A DNA stretch of 64,000 nucleotides from positions 62,001 through 126,000 of the IMG/VR virus record IMGVR_UViG_3300027736_001324; one strand, 5' to 3'. Below, piece by piece: positions 40,651 through 48,553 of this stretch. A model generated the notes under the pieces. It saw nothing but the letters and a program-made list of their open reading frames with translations. It ran no database searches and was not told where the DNA came from. Both the position numbers and the translations under genes were made by a program. Every line of letters begins with the position of its first letter. Within the stretch, counting starts at the first letter, position 1.

Positions 40651-41535
40651 ATGAAGAAAATCGCACTTGCGACAATTTTAGCCGCTGCATCTCTTGCAGC
40701 ATCAGCACAAGTAGCCGTTTACGGTAAAATGCGTGTGTATGAAGAATCAGTAACAGTTGGATCTGCGGCAGCAGTAACAGCACTAACCAACGATACAAGT
40801 CGTTTAGGTTTTAAAGGTACTGAAGCATTAGGTGGCGGACTATCTGCTAACTTCACAATTGAAACTGGTATCGGTGCAGATGCTCCAGCAGCATCAACAT
40901 TGGGCGACAGAACTATGATTGTAGGTTTGTCAAACAGTTTAGGTTCAGTTAATGTTGGTCGTGACAAGCACACAATCGCACGTACACTTGATAACTATGA
41001 CGCAATGGGTAATGTATACGGTTCTAGTACCGCAGTCATTCACGCTGCTCAAGGTTCACGTTTCAGTAATGCGTTGTTTGTTTCAGCTACTCCAATGGCT
41101 GGTTTAACTGTTAACTACATCAATAGCAATAGCGAAGTAGCAGGCGTTAATAACCCACAAGCTGCTAGTATTGAATTTACTCGTGGTCCAATCAGTGCTA
41201 CTGTAGCAAATTTTGATAACGGTACAACAAGTACTTCAACAATCTATGGTGCAAAAGTTAAAGTTGAAAAGACTGGTACTACAGTTTTCGCTACATACTC
41301 TGATGACAAAGTTTCAGGTGTAACTACAAGTGGTAAAAGTATTGGTGTTAATCACCCAGTTACTGGTTCATTGATGGCACTTGCTAGCTATGGTGAGAAC
41401 AATACTACTAAAGCATTAGACTTAGGCGCAAGCTATAGTTTAAGCAAGCGTACAACAGTTCACGCTCGTTACATCAAAGAAGATGCAGCAGCAACAACTA
41501 CTAAGTACGCATTGGGTATGGAACACAATTTCTAA
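40651..41535 (+). CDS. Outer-membrane porin (betaproteobacterial general porin type)
   Basis: Signal peptide; 'SRLGFKGTEALGGGLSA.F.IE'; 'YSLSKRT'; C-terminal 'GMEHNF'. Confidence 0.9.
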   Translation: MKKIALATILAAASLAASAQVAVYGKMRVYEESVTVGSAAAVTALTNDTSRLGFKGTEALGGGLSANFTIETGIGADAPAASTLGDRTMIVGLSNSLGSVNVGRDKHTIARTLDNYDAMGNVYGSSTAVIHAAQGSRFSNALFVSATPMAGLTVNYINSNSEVAGVNNPQAASIEFTRGPISATVANFDNGTTSTSTIYGAKVKVEKTGTTVFATYSDDKVSGVTTSGKSIGVNHPVTGSLMALASYGENNTTKALDLGASYSLSKRTTVHARYIKEDAAATTTKYALGMEHNF

Positions 41536-41557
41536 TCCAATCTAATCACATTGATTA

Positions 41558-41578
41558 TAAAGGGGCTTTGCCCCTTTA
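41558..41578 (+). terminator. Hairpin after the porin gene
   Basis: taaaggggc-ttt-gccccttta. Confidence 0.6.
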
Positions 41579-41583
41579 GCCAT

Positions 41584-41601
41584 ATGTAACATTACTGTCA
41601 C
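41584..41601 (+). promoter_or_regulatory. Pho box (PhoB-binding site) upstream of pstS
   Basis: ATGTAAC-ATTA-CTGTCAC: two half-sites 11 bp apart, matching the CTGTCAT-N4-CTGT(C/A)A(C/T) consensus, 39 nt before the pstS ATG. Confidence 0.75.
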
Positions 41602-41640
41602 AATTCAATAACTAAATATTTGTGTAACAAAGGAGATTAC

Positions 41641-42636
41641 ATGAAAAAACTATTTGCTATTCTATTAGCGGCTGTAACATTTGCAGCATCAGCACAAGAC
41701 ATTACAGGAGCCGGGGCAACATTCCCGGCTCCGTTGTATTCAAAGTGGGCAAGTGAATATAACAAAGCAACTGGCACTAAAATCAACTATCAATCAGTTG
41801 GTTCAGGAGCTGGCATTAAACAAATTGAAGCAAAGACAGTTACATTCGGTGCAAGTGATATGCCACTTACAGATGACAAACTAGCAGCGTCAGGGTTGTT
41901 TCAGTTTCCGACAGCAATCGGCGGAGTTGTCCCAGTTATCAATGTCAATAACATTGCTCCAGGACAATTGAAATTAACAGGCACAGTTATCGCTGATGTC
42001 TTTTTAGGTAAGATCACTAAATGGGATGACAATGCTATTAAGGCATTGAACCCAACATTAGTTTTGCCTAATCAAGATATTACTGTAGTTCGTAGAGCAG
42101 ATGGTAGTGGTACTACATTTATTTGGACAAACTATCTAAGCAAAGTAAGCAAAGAGTTTAAAGAAGTTATCGGTGAAGGTACTGCTGTAAATTGGAAAGT
42201 TGGAGCAGGCGGTAAGGGCAATGAAGGCGTAGCACAAATGGTTCGTCAACTACCGGGCTCATTGGGATATGTAGAGTTTGCTTATGTTAAACAAACTAAA
42301 ATGAATTGGGTTAACGTACAAAATAGTGCTGGAACTTGGGTGGCCCCAACAGAAGATGCTTTTAAAGCAGCGGCTGCTAATGCTGATTGGAACAAAAGTT
42401 ACTATCAGATACTAACTAATCAAGCAGGCAAAGAAGCATGGCCTATCAGTGGTGCTACATTTATTCTTGTTTACATCAAACCAGAAGATGTTGCTAAGTC
42501 TAAAGCAGCAATGACATTCTTTGATTGGGCATTCAGTAACGGAGATAAAGCAGCAGATGATTTAGATTATGTTGCACTACCAACATCAGTTAAGAACAAG
42601 ATTCGTGCTGATTGGAAACATTTAGGATTATTTTAA
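41641..42636 (+). CDS. pstS: Phosphate ABC transporter substrate-binding protein PstS
   Basis: 'ITGAGATFP', 'GSGAG', 'FGASD', 'RRADGSGTT', 'GKGNEG', 'WPI'. AAGGAG RBS precedes the ATG at 41641. Confidence 0.96.
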   Translation: MKKLFAILLAAVTFAASAQDITGAGATFPAPLYSKWASEYNKATGTKINYQSVGSGAGIKQIEAKTVTFGASDMPLTDDKLAASGLFQFPTAIGGVVPVINVNNIAPGQLKLTGTVIADVFLGKITKWDDNAIKALNPTLVLPNQDITVVRRADGSGTTFIWTNYLSKVSKEFKEVIGEGTAVNWKVGAGGKGNEGVAQMVRQLPGSLGYVEFAYVKQTKMNWVNVQNSAGTWVAPTEDAFKAAAANADWNKSYYQILTNQAGKEAWPISGATFILVYIKPEDVAKSKAAMTFFDWAFSNGDKAADDLDYVALPTSVKNKIRADWKHLGLF

Positions 42637-42681
42637 ACCGACCGCAAGATTGAGCGGAAGCTGGAACTCGTAACCAGTACT

Positions 42682-42703
42682 AAGGGCCGAAAGGCTCTTT
42701 TTT
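42682..42703 (+). terminator. Intrinsic terminator after pstS
   Basis: aagggcc-gaaa-ggctctt followed by a T-run. Confidence 0.75.
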
Positions 42704-42734
42704 ATTATAACAATAAGAGTGAGAACAACAATGT

Positions 42735-43496
42735 ATGAAAACTTACCGATCAATATTTGTATCCGATGTTCATTTGGGTACAAAAGATAGTCAAGCCGAA
42801 AAATTAAATAACTTTCTGAAACACAATTCATGTGATACATTATACTTAATAGGAGATATAATCGATGCCTGGAGAATTCAACAAAACAAATGGAGATGGA
42901 AACAAAGCCACACTAATGTGGTCCGTCGTGTTCTCGGTCATGCTAAACGCGGCACTCGTGTTGTTTATATTGCAGGTAATCACGATGAATTTTTAAGACC
43001 TATGATACCATATGGGTTCAGTTTTGGACTCATTGAGATACATAATCAAATAGAACATATAGGTGCAGATGGTAATCATTATCTTGTAGTACACGGAGAT
43101 ATGTTTGACGGTATAACTAGATTGGCACCTTGGATAGCATTTTTAGGAGACAAAGCATATGATGTCATTTTATCAGTTAATAGCAAATTCAATTGGCTAC
43201 GCCATCGCATGGGTTTTGGGTATTTTAGTCTTAGTAAATATCTCAAAGCAAGAGTAAAGAAAGCAGTAGACTTCATATTCCACTTTGAAAAAAATCTCGC
43301 AACCTATTGTAAAAAACGTGGGTTTGATGGTGTTATCTGTGGACACATTCACCATGCAGAGATTAAAGACATTGATGGTATTAAATACATGAATGATGGT
43401 GACTGGGTTGAATCCTGTACAGCACTTGTAGAACATTGGGACGGTCGTTGGGAAATAGTTACTTGGACTAAGGAGAAGGACAATGAAATTAAGTGA
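42735..43496 (+). CDS. plcP: PlcP-like metallophosphoesterase (intracellular phospholipase C; family often annotated UDP-2,3-diacylglucosamine diphosphatase)
   Basis: 'YRSIFVSDVHLG', 'LYLIGDIID.W', 'W.W.QSH..VV', 'GNHDEFLR', 'HGD.FD', 'CGHIH', 'YMNDGDWVESCTALVE'. Confidence 0.75.
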   Translation: MKTYRSIFVSDVHLGTKDSQAEKLNNFLKHNSCDTLYLIGDIIDAWRIQQNKWRWKQSHTNVVRRVLGHAKRGTRVVYIAGNHDEFLRPMIPYGFSFGLIEIHNQIEHIGADGNHYLVVHGDMFDGITRLAPWIAFLGDKAYDVILSVNSKFNWLRHRMGFGYFSLSKYLKARVKKAVDFIFHFEKNLATYCKKRGFDGVICGHIHHAEIKDIDGIKYMNDGDWVESCTALVEHWDGRWEIVTWTKEKDNEIK

Positions 43497-44193
43497 TAAA
43501 ATTACTATAGTTGTACCCTGTAAGAATGAAGAAGATTATATTCATCATCTATTAGATTCATTACGTTCACAAAACATAGGTGATACTAGAGTCATTATTG
43601 CTGATTGCTCTACGGATAACACCAGACAAGTTATACGTGATAACAGTTTTGAATTGAATGTTGAGATCATTGAGGGAGGGCCTGTTTCAGTGGCCAAGAA
43701 TAATGGAGCAAGATTAGTTACTACTCCCTACATCTTATTCATTGACGCCGATGTTCGTTTTTTTAAATACGATGTGATCCATGATGCTGTCAATAAAATT
43801 GAATCTATGAACTTGGATTTAGTTGGATTGAACATCAAGTGCTATGACAATGACATAAGAGCAAAATTTGGGTTTACTATTTTTAACACTATAAATCACA
43901 CATTGAAATATTTCTCACCCTTTGCGGTTGGAGCATTTATGCTAACTCGGAAAGATAAGTTTGATGAGTATGGTGGATTCCCTGAACAGTTTTCAACGTC
44001 AGAGGACTATTTCTTGTCTAGGAAATATAGTCCTAAGAAGTTTAGAATAGTCAAACATCACTTTGGGCAAGACAGTCGTAGATTTAAGAAAATGGGTTAT
44101 ATGGGAATGGCTAAGTATCTAGTTAAGAACTTTGTCAATCGCAACAATAAGAAGTACTGGGACAGTTTAGACTCATCTAAATATTGGAATTAA
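43483..44193 (+). CDS. Glycosyltransferase family 2
   Basis: 'IVVPCKNEE', 'STDNT', 'A.NNGA', 'FIDAD', 'GGF', 'SED', 'SRRF'. Overlaps the plcP-like gene. Confidence 0.9.
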   Translation: MKLSDKITIVVPCKNEEDYIHHLLDSLRSQNIGDTRVIIADCSTDNTRQVIRDNSFELNVEIIEGGPVSVAKNNGARLVTTPYILFIDADVRFFKYDVIHDAVNKIESMNLDLVGLNIKCYDNDIRAKFGFTIFNTINHTLKYFSPFAVGAFMLTRKDKFDEYGGFPEQFSTSEDYFLSRKYSPKKFRIVKHHFGQDSRRFKKMGYMGMAKYLVKNFVNRNNKKYWDSLDSSKYWN

Positions 44194-44834
44194 CGTTTCA
44201 TTAAATCGTTAGTAAAATCTAACAGCAACTCATGGTGTCTACCACCATGCCATTTGTCACGCATATAACTATAACTATCATACCAAAATGGTTCTGATTC
44301 TGGATGACAACCAATTAGTCCTATGCGTTTTTGATATATTGCCATTGGATCGCCGTTAGCGTATGTAGCAATTGTTTTGAATTTATGTCTATTACCAACT
44401 AAAGCACACCCATCATAGAAGAACATATTCATGCGTTCATCTTTCCATGTTATTGGTAAATTTTTAGCATGTGGTCTACGTGTATCAGTTCCGGGTTGTT
44501 TGATGTATTGTACGGCATCAACATCATCTAACACATTTAGGTAATAACTACCCGCCCAATATGCACCCATACAGATACCTAAATATCTGCCACCGCCGTG
44601 GATAAAATCTTTTACCCGTTTTCCGTTATTTTTGAATAGTTGTTTGAATGTATCACTATCACCTATTCCGCCGGGAACGGCAATCATGTCTACATCATCA
44701 AAGAAATCATATTCCAATTTGTTTTTGCTAAAGATTTTGAAGTTATAGTATTCACTCAAAGCCTTCATCATCCCATTTCCAGATTGCACGGAACATTTTG
44801 GGTCATACAAAAATAATGCGATTGTGGGTTTCAT
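44190..44834 (-). CDS. Class I glutamine amidotransferase-like (BPL_N-type) protein
   Basis: 'VPGG', 'GGRYLGICMGAY' nucleophile elbow, 'GCHPE'. Confidence 0.8.
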   Translation of the reverse strand: MKPTIALFLYDPKCSVQSGNGMMKALSEYYNFKIFSKNKLEYDFFDDVDMIAVPGGIGDSDTFKQLFKNNGKRVKDFIHGGGRYLGICMGAYWAGSYYLNVLDDVDAVQYIKQPGTDTRRPHAKNLPITWKDERMNMFFYDGCALVGNRHKFKTIATYANGDPMAIYQKRIGLIGCHPESEPFWYDSYSYMRDKWHGGRHHELLLDFTNDLMKR

Positions 44835-44861
44835 CACAACTATTTATGTTAGGGAAAACAC

Positions 44862-44890
44862 TTGACATAAATATCTCAGGATAGTATAAT
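44862..44890 (+). promoter_or_regulatory. Early sigma70-type promoter
   Basis: TTGACA-17-TATAAT. Confidence 0.85.
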
Positions 44891-44896
44891 GTTATT

Positions 44897-45151
44897 ATGA
44901 GAATAGAAAAGTCTTTGGATTGGCAACAGGTGTCTAGTAAAATACGCACTGATTTGAATAATATTGGGTACAATCCAGACTTAAAACGGATGTTTAATAA
45001 CATCAACACTATGGTATCAGAATTAAGTAAATTAGAAGTAAATGGGCGTAGATTACATACTGATAATTTTACTAAAGAGCCATTAGAAAAAATTAACAAA
45101 GCAATAGACCATTTAGAAAAATTAATTCTAATGGGTTTACTTATGAAATGA
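44897..45151 (+). CDS. Hypothetical protein
   Basis: ATG 6 nt after the -10 box; coupled to the next gene. Confidence 0.65.
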   Translation: MRIEKSLDWQQVSSKIRTDLNNIGYNPDLKRMFNNINTMVSELSKLEVNGRRLHTDNFTKEPLEKINKAIDHLEKLILMGLLMK

Positions 45152-46008
45152 ATCATTCAGAATTAACAATCGTTGCCGTATACGGTCATAATAGTGGAGC
45201 AAGTGCAATCCCATCAATAGTAAAAAGCATGACTGAATTACCTGGTAGTCGTGGATTGCTACTATCAGTAATTAAGCCAGATGACTTGCCTGAGGAAATT
45301 GAATGGAAACATATTTACCCCTTCAACTATAATCGTTATAGTGTTTTTATGATGCATTCATTGTATGCATTTATTGAAACTGAATATTGTTTGGTGGTGC
45401 AAGATGATGGATGGGTGTTGAATGGCAAAAACTTTAAACCTGAATTTTATAATTATGATTATATTGGGTCACCGGGACATTGTGCATTAACATTAAACGA
45501 GAAATCAGAAATAACAGGTATCTATCTTAACTTTAGATGGACTGAACCTGAGTTTGCTGATGTTGAAAATTTACATATAGTGCAAAATGGTGGGTTTAGT
45601 TTACGTTCTAAAAGATTTTTAGAATCTTGTAATAAACATGGATTACCACATTGGGGAGTAGAATCTATTCCAATGAAACAACCCGATGGAACTGATAAAC
45701 CCTGGAACCCAATTTGGAATGAGGATGTACATCTTACTGCATTGTTCAAACCAAAATTAGAAAAGATTGGGTATAGGTTTGCGCCACTTGAAGTGGCAAA
45801 ATCTTTTAGTATAGAATATTTGTTCCCGGCATTACATACTGAAGGATTTGATATAGCACTTAGTAATGCTTTAGGACAACATGGCCCAACTAGAAAATTG
45901 GCTACACTCAATGAGGTTCATTTCAAAAAACATACAGTTGGTATTGGCGGCGAACATCATGTTGTAAATTGGTTCATAGAGAACGGGTACAAAGTAAAAA
46001 TGGTCTAA
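45148..46008 (+). CDS. DUF5672-like glycosyltransferase-family protein
   Basis: 'LVVQDDG', 'YDYIG', 'NGGFSLRSK', 'NEDV', 'A..FS.E'. Confidence 0.7.
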   Translation: MNHSELTIVAVYGHNSGASAIPSIVKSMTELPGSRGLLLSVIKPDDLPEEIEWKHIYPFNYNRYSVFMMHSLYAFIETEYCLVVQDDGWVLNGKNFKPEFYNYDYIGSPGHCALTLNEKSEITGIYLNFRWTEPEFADVENLHIVQNGGFSLRSKRFLESCNKHGLPHWGVESIPMKQPDGTDKPWNPIWNEDVHLTALFKPKLEKIGYRFAPLEVAKSFSIEYLFPALHTEGFDIALSNALGQHGPTRKLATLNEVHFKKHTVGIGGEHHVVNWFIENGYKVKMV

Positions 46009-46037
46009 AATTGCTCAAAAATTAAGCAATTTTGAGG

Positions 46038-46066
46038 TTGACATTAAATGGTTTTGGGCTTATAAT
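46038..46066 (+). promoter_or_regulatory. Early sigma70-type promoter (copy 1)
   Basis: TTGACA-17-TATAAT. Confidence 0.85.
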
Positions 46067-46099
46067 AGAGGCTTAGACAGTCAACAAACGGAGTTAATT

Positions 46100-46357
46100 A
46101 TGTCAGCATTGCAAAAATACATAGACCAGAAAAATCGTTGGAACGCTATCTTTAAGGGTAAGCAGTATGAGATCCAAACTGCCGAAGGTCGTCAGGAAAT
46201 TGCTAATTGTTTGGACAGCGACCTCAGCCCCGAAAACTTGACTTGCGACGGTGAATTGTCCCGTAGTCAGGTCAATGTGAAGTATAATTCACTGACAAAA
46301 GCCGCAAAAGAACTGCAAAAACTGGATCCTAAAGTGAAATTCTACGAATTCGCTTGA
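46100..46357 (+). CDS. Early hypothetical protein
   Basis: GGAG RBS; 'LSPENLTCDGE' motif. Confidence 0.7.
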   Translation: MSALQKYIDQKNRWNAIFKGKQYEIQTAEGRQEIANCLDSDLSPENLTCDGELSRSQVNVKYNSLTKAAKELQKLDPKVKFYEFA

Positions 46358-46382
46358 CATTAAATGGATTTGGGTATATAAT
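46354..46382 (+). promoter_or_regulatory. Early sigma70-type promoter (copy 2)
   Basis: TTGACA-17-TATAAT; near-duplicate of 46038-46081. Confidence 0.85.
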
Positions 46383-46415
46383 ATAGACTTAGACAGTTAG
46401 ATAAAGGACTAGAAA

Positions 46416-46694
46416 ATGGCTTATTATGTTATCGCTCGTGGCACTGGACTTATCGTTACAGACGGCAAAAATCGTACCCAGACTTACAAAACGTTTGCGG
46501 CTGCCCGTGCTACACGGACCCGTCTATGTAACAAGTCAGGTTGGTCTGCTGGTGAACTGAGTATCGTTGATACCAAAACTTACAAACCTAACATGGTGAC
46601 TCGCAAGAATCTCATGAGTGGTATTGAATATCAGGAAGATGTTAACACTCCCCTGTGCTGTTCCCCAGCTAGCGAAACTTTTTGGAGCATGTAA
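46416..46694 (+). CDS. Early hypothetical protein
   Basis: AAGGA RBS; ends 'NTPLCCSPASETFWSM'. Confidence 0.7.
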   Translation: MAYYVIARGTGLIVTDGKNRTQTYKTFAAARATRTRLCNKSGWSAGELSIVDTKTYKPNMVTRKNLMSGIEYQEDVNTPLCCSPASETFWSM

Positions 46695-46834
46695 TGAATT
46701 TACATATTGAATACGATTCGGTACTTAGTTGCTATACCCTGCATTACAAAGGTGAGATTGTTTGCTTAGGTGCAAACACTAAGGCAGAGGCAAAGGAAGA
46801 AGCTATGCAATTGATTGAAAATGGATTAGTATAA
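46694..46834 (+). CDS. Small 46-aa hypothetical protein
   Basis: TAATG coupling at both ends; GGAG upstream. Confidence 0.55.
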   Translation: MNLHIEYDSVLSCYTLHYKGEIVCLGANTKAEAKEEAMQLIENGLV

Positions 46835-47244
46835 TGGAAATAGAAGTAGAAGGGTCCGCCCGTAGCAAAAAATTTGTTGAGGCAATGCTCCCTTCAATGG
46901 TCCGTCAACTTGGATTGGAAAAAAGTCGCAAGGCTTTATTGATCCGAATTAAAAACGAAACTGAAGGTACGGACGAAGGAATGACAATTGACTTGTCTAA
47001 ATGGACAGGTGCATATTTGGTGGTACTTAAACCCAAACGTAACCTAGTGCAATTGGGTTTGACATTGGCCCACGAAATGGTCCACGTGAAACAGTTGGCA
47101 AAAGGTACCTTGAAACAAAGGCGCAGTGGTCATACTTGGTTAGGTAAAATGTACAGTAAGAAAACTCCTTACTTGCAAATGCCCTGGGAGATTGAGGCAT
47201 TCAGTAAACAAGAATTGATTCTACGCCGTGCATTTGAGGAATAA
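46834..47244 (+). CDS. Zn-metallopeptidase-like protein
   Basis: 'LAHEMVHVKQ' HExxH and 'PWEIEA'. Confidence 0.7.
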   Translation: MEIEVEGSARSKKFVEAMLPSMVRQLGLEKSRKALLIRIKNETEGTDEGMTIDLSKWTGAYLVVLKPKRNLVQLGLTLAHEMVHVKQLAKGTLKQRRSGHTWLGKMYSKKTPYLQMPWEIEAFSKQELILRRAFEE

Positions 47245-47272
47245 TCTCTTACCCAAAATGTATAACAGATAT

Positions 47273-47301
47273 TTGACGATAAATCAATTTTCTGTTATAC
47301 T
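47273..47301 (+). promoter_or_regulatory. sigma70-type promoter
   Basis: TTGACG-17-TATACT. Confidence 0.7.
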
Positions 47302-47347
47302 ATGTTTTTAGTTTGTTAGTGTTAGTAAATATCTTAAAGGAAACAAA

Positions 47348-48454
47348 ATGGCATATTCAGTAGTTAGCGACAATCTTACAGTTACTTCAGTACAAGCCCG
47401 TAAGGCTATGCTGAAAGCATTTAAATCTAAGCGCCCACTCTTTCTCTGGGGCCCTCCCGGTATCGGTAAATCAGAAGTTGTGGCAGAAGTAACTGCTGAA
47501 CTTGGCGGTCATATGATTGACTTGCGTATGGCACAAATGGAGCCTACTGACATTCGCGGTATCCCATACTTCAATAAGGACCTCAATAAGATGGATTGGG
47601 CATCTCCCGTAGACTTGCCTGACGAGGATCTCGCATCACAATACCCTATCGTTGTTCTTTTCTTAGATGAAATGAATAGCGCATCACCCGCAGTACAGGC
47701 TGCTGGCTATCAATTGATTCTTAATCGCCGTGTAGGTAAGTATGTACTGCCTGATAACGTTGTTATCGTAGCAGCAGGTAATCGTGAATCTGACAAAGGT
47801 GTTACTTATCGTATGCCGATGCCCCTTGCTAATCGTTTCTTGCACTTGGAAATGCGCCCTGACTTTACAGCATGGCAAAACTGGGCAGTGAACAAAGGCA
47901 TTCACAAGGATGTGGTTGGTTACTTGTCGTTTGCTAAACAAGACTTGTACGATTTTGATAGCAAAAGTTCAAGCCGTGCTTTCGCTACACCACGCACTTG
48001 GTGCTTTGTTTCTGACTTGCTAGATGACGAGGCAGATACTGATACTGATACGTTGTTCAATCTGATTGCAGGTTCAGTTGGTGAAGGTCTCGCAGTTAAG
48101 TTTGCGGCCCATCGCAAAACATCAGGCAAGATGCCCGACCCGGCAGATATTCTTTCTGGCAAAGTAACTACATTGTCTGTGAAAGAAATTTCGGCAATGT
48201 ATTCATTGACAATTTCAATGTGCTATGAGTTGAAGGATGCATTGGAAGTACAAAAAGTGAACAACAAAAAGTTTCACGAAATGGCTGACAATTTCTTCAC
48301 ATACATCATGGCTAACTTTGAAACAGAGTTGGTTGTAATGGGTGCTAAAATTGCGCTTAAGACTTACAAGTTGCCGATTGAGCCTAGTCAATTGAAACAC
48401 TTTGATGAGTTTCACAAAAAGTACGGTAAGTACATTGTAGACGCAGGCAATTGA
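47348..48454 (+). CDS. MoxR-like AAA+ ATPase
   Basis: Walker A 'GPPGIGKS', Walker B 'LFLDE', 'AAGN', 'LANRF', 'TPRTW'. Confidence 0.9.
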   Translation: MAYSVVSDNLTVTSVQARKAMLKAFKSKRPLFLWGPPGIGKSEVVAEVTAELGGHMIDLRMAQMEPTDIRGIPYFNKDLNKMDWASPVDLPDEDLASQYPIVVLFLDEMNSASPAVQAAGYQLILNRRVGKYVLPDNVVIVAAGNRESDKGVTYRMPMPLANRFLHLEMRPDFTAWQNWAVNKGIHKDVVGYLSFAKQDLYDFDSKSSSRAFATPRTWCFVSDLLDDEADTDTDTLFNLIAGSVGEGLAVKFAAHRKTSGKMPDPADILSGKVTTLSVKEISAMYSLTISMCYELKDALEVQKVNNKKFHEMADNFFTYIMANFETELVVMGAKIALKTYKLPIEPSQLKHFDEFHKKYGKYIVDAGN

Positions 48455-48460
48455 TTTTAT

Positions 48461-48494
48461 GGGTGAGAATGGTGTGAACATTCTCACTCTTTTT
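48461..48494 (+). terminator. Hairpin/terminator after the AAA gene
   Basis: gtgagaatg...cattctcac followed by a T-run. Confidence 0.6.
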
Positions 48495-48496
48495 AC

Positions 48497-48525
48497 TTGC
48501 GTTTAAATAGATGTTGTGCTATAAT
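48497..48525 (+). promoter_or_regulatory. sigma70-type promoter
   Basis: TTGCGT-17-TATAAT with TG upstream of the -10. Confidence 0.65.
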
Positions 48526-48553
48526 ATAGCATATTTTAGATAAAGGATTGTAT

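Noticed and set aside
42735-43496. Lipid A biosynthesis enzyme LpxH
   Set aside because: The motif pattern and the pstS/GT context fit the PlcP subfamily better. LpxH is not formally excluded without a phylogeny.
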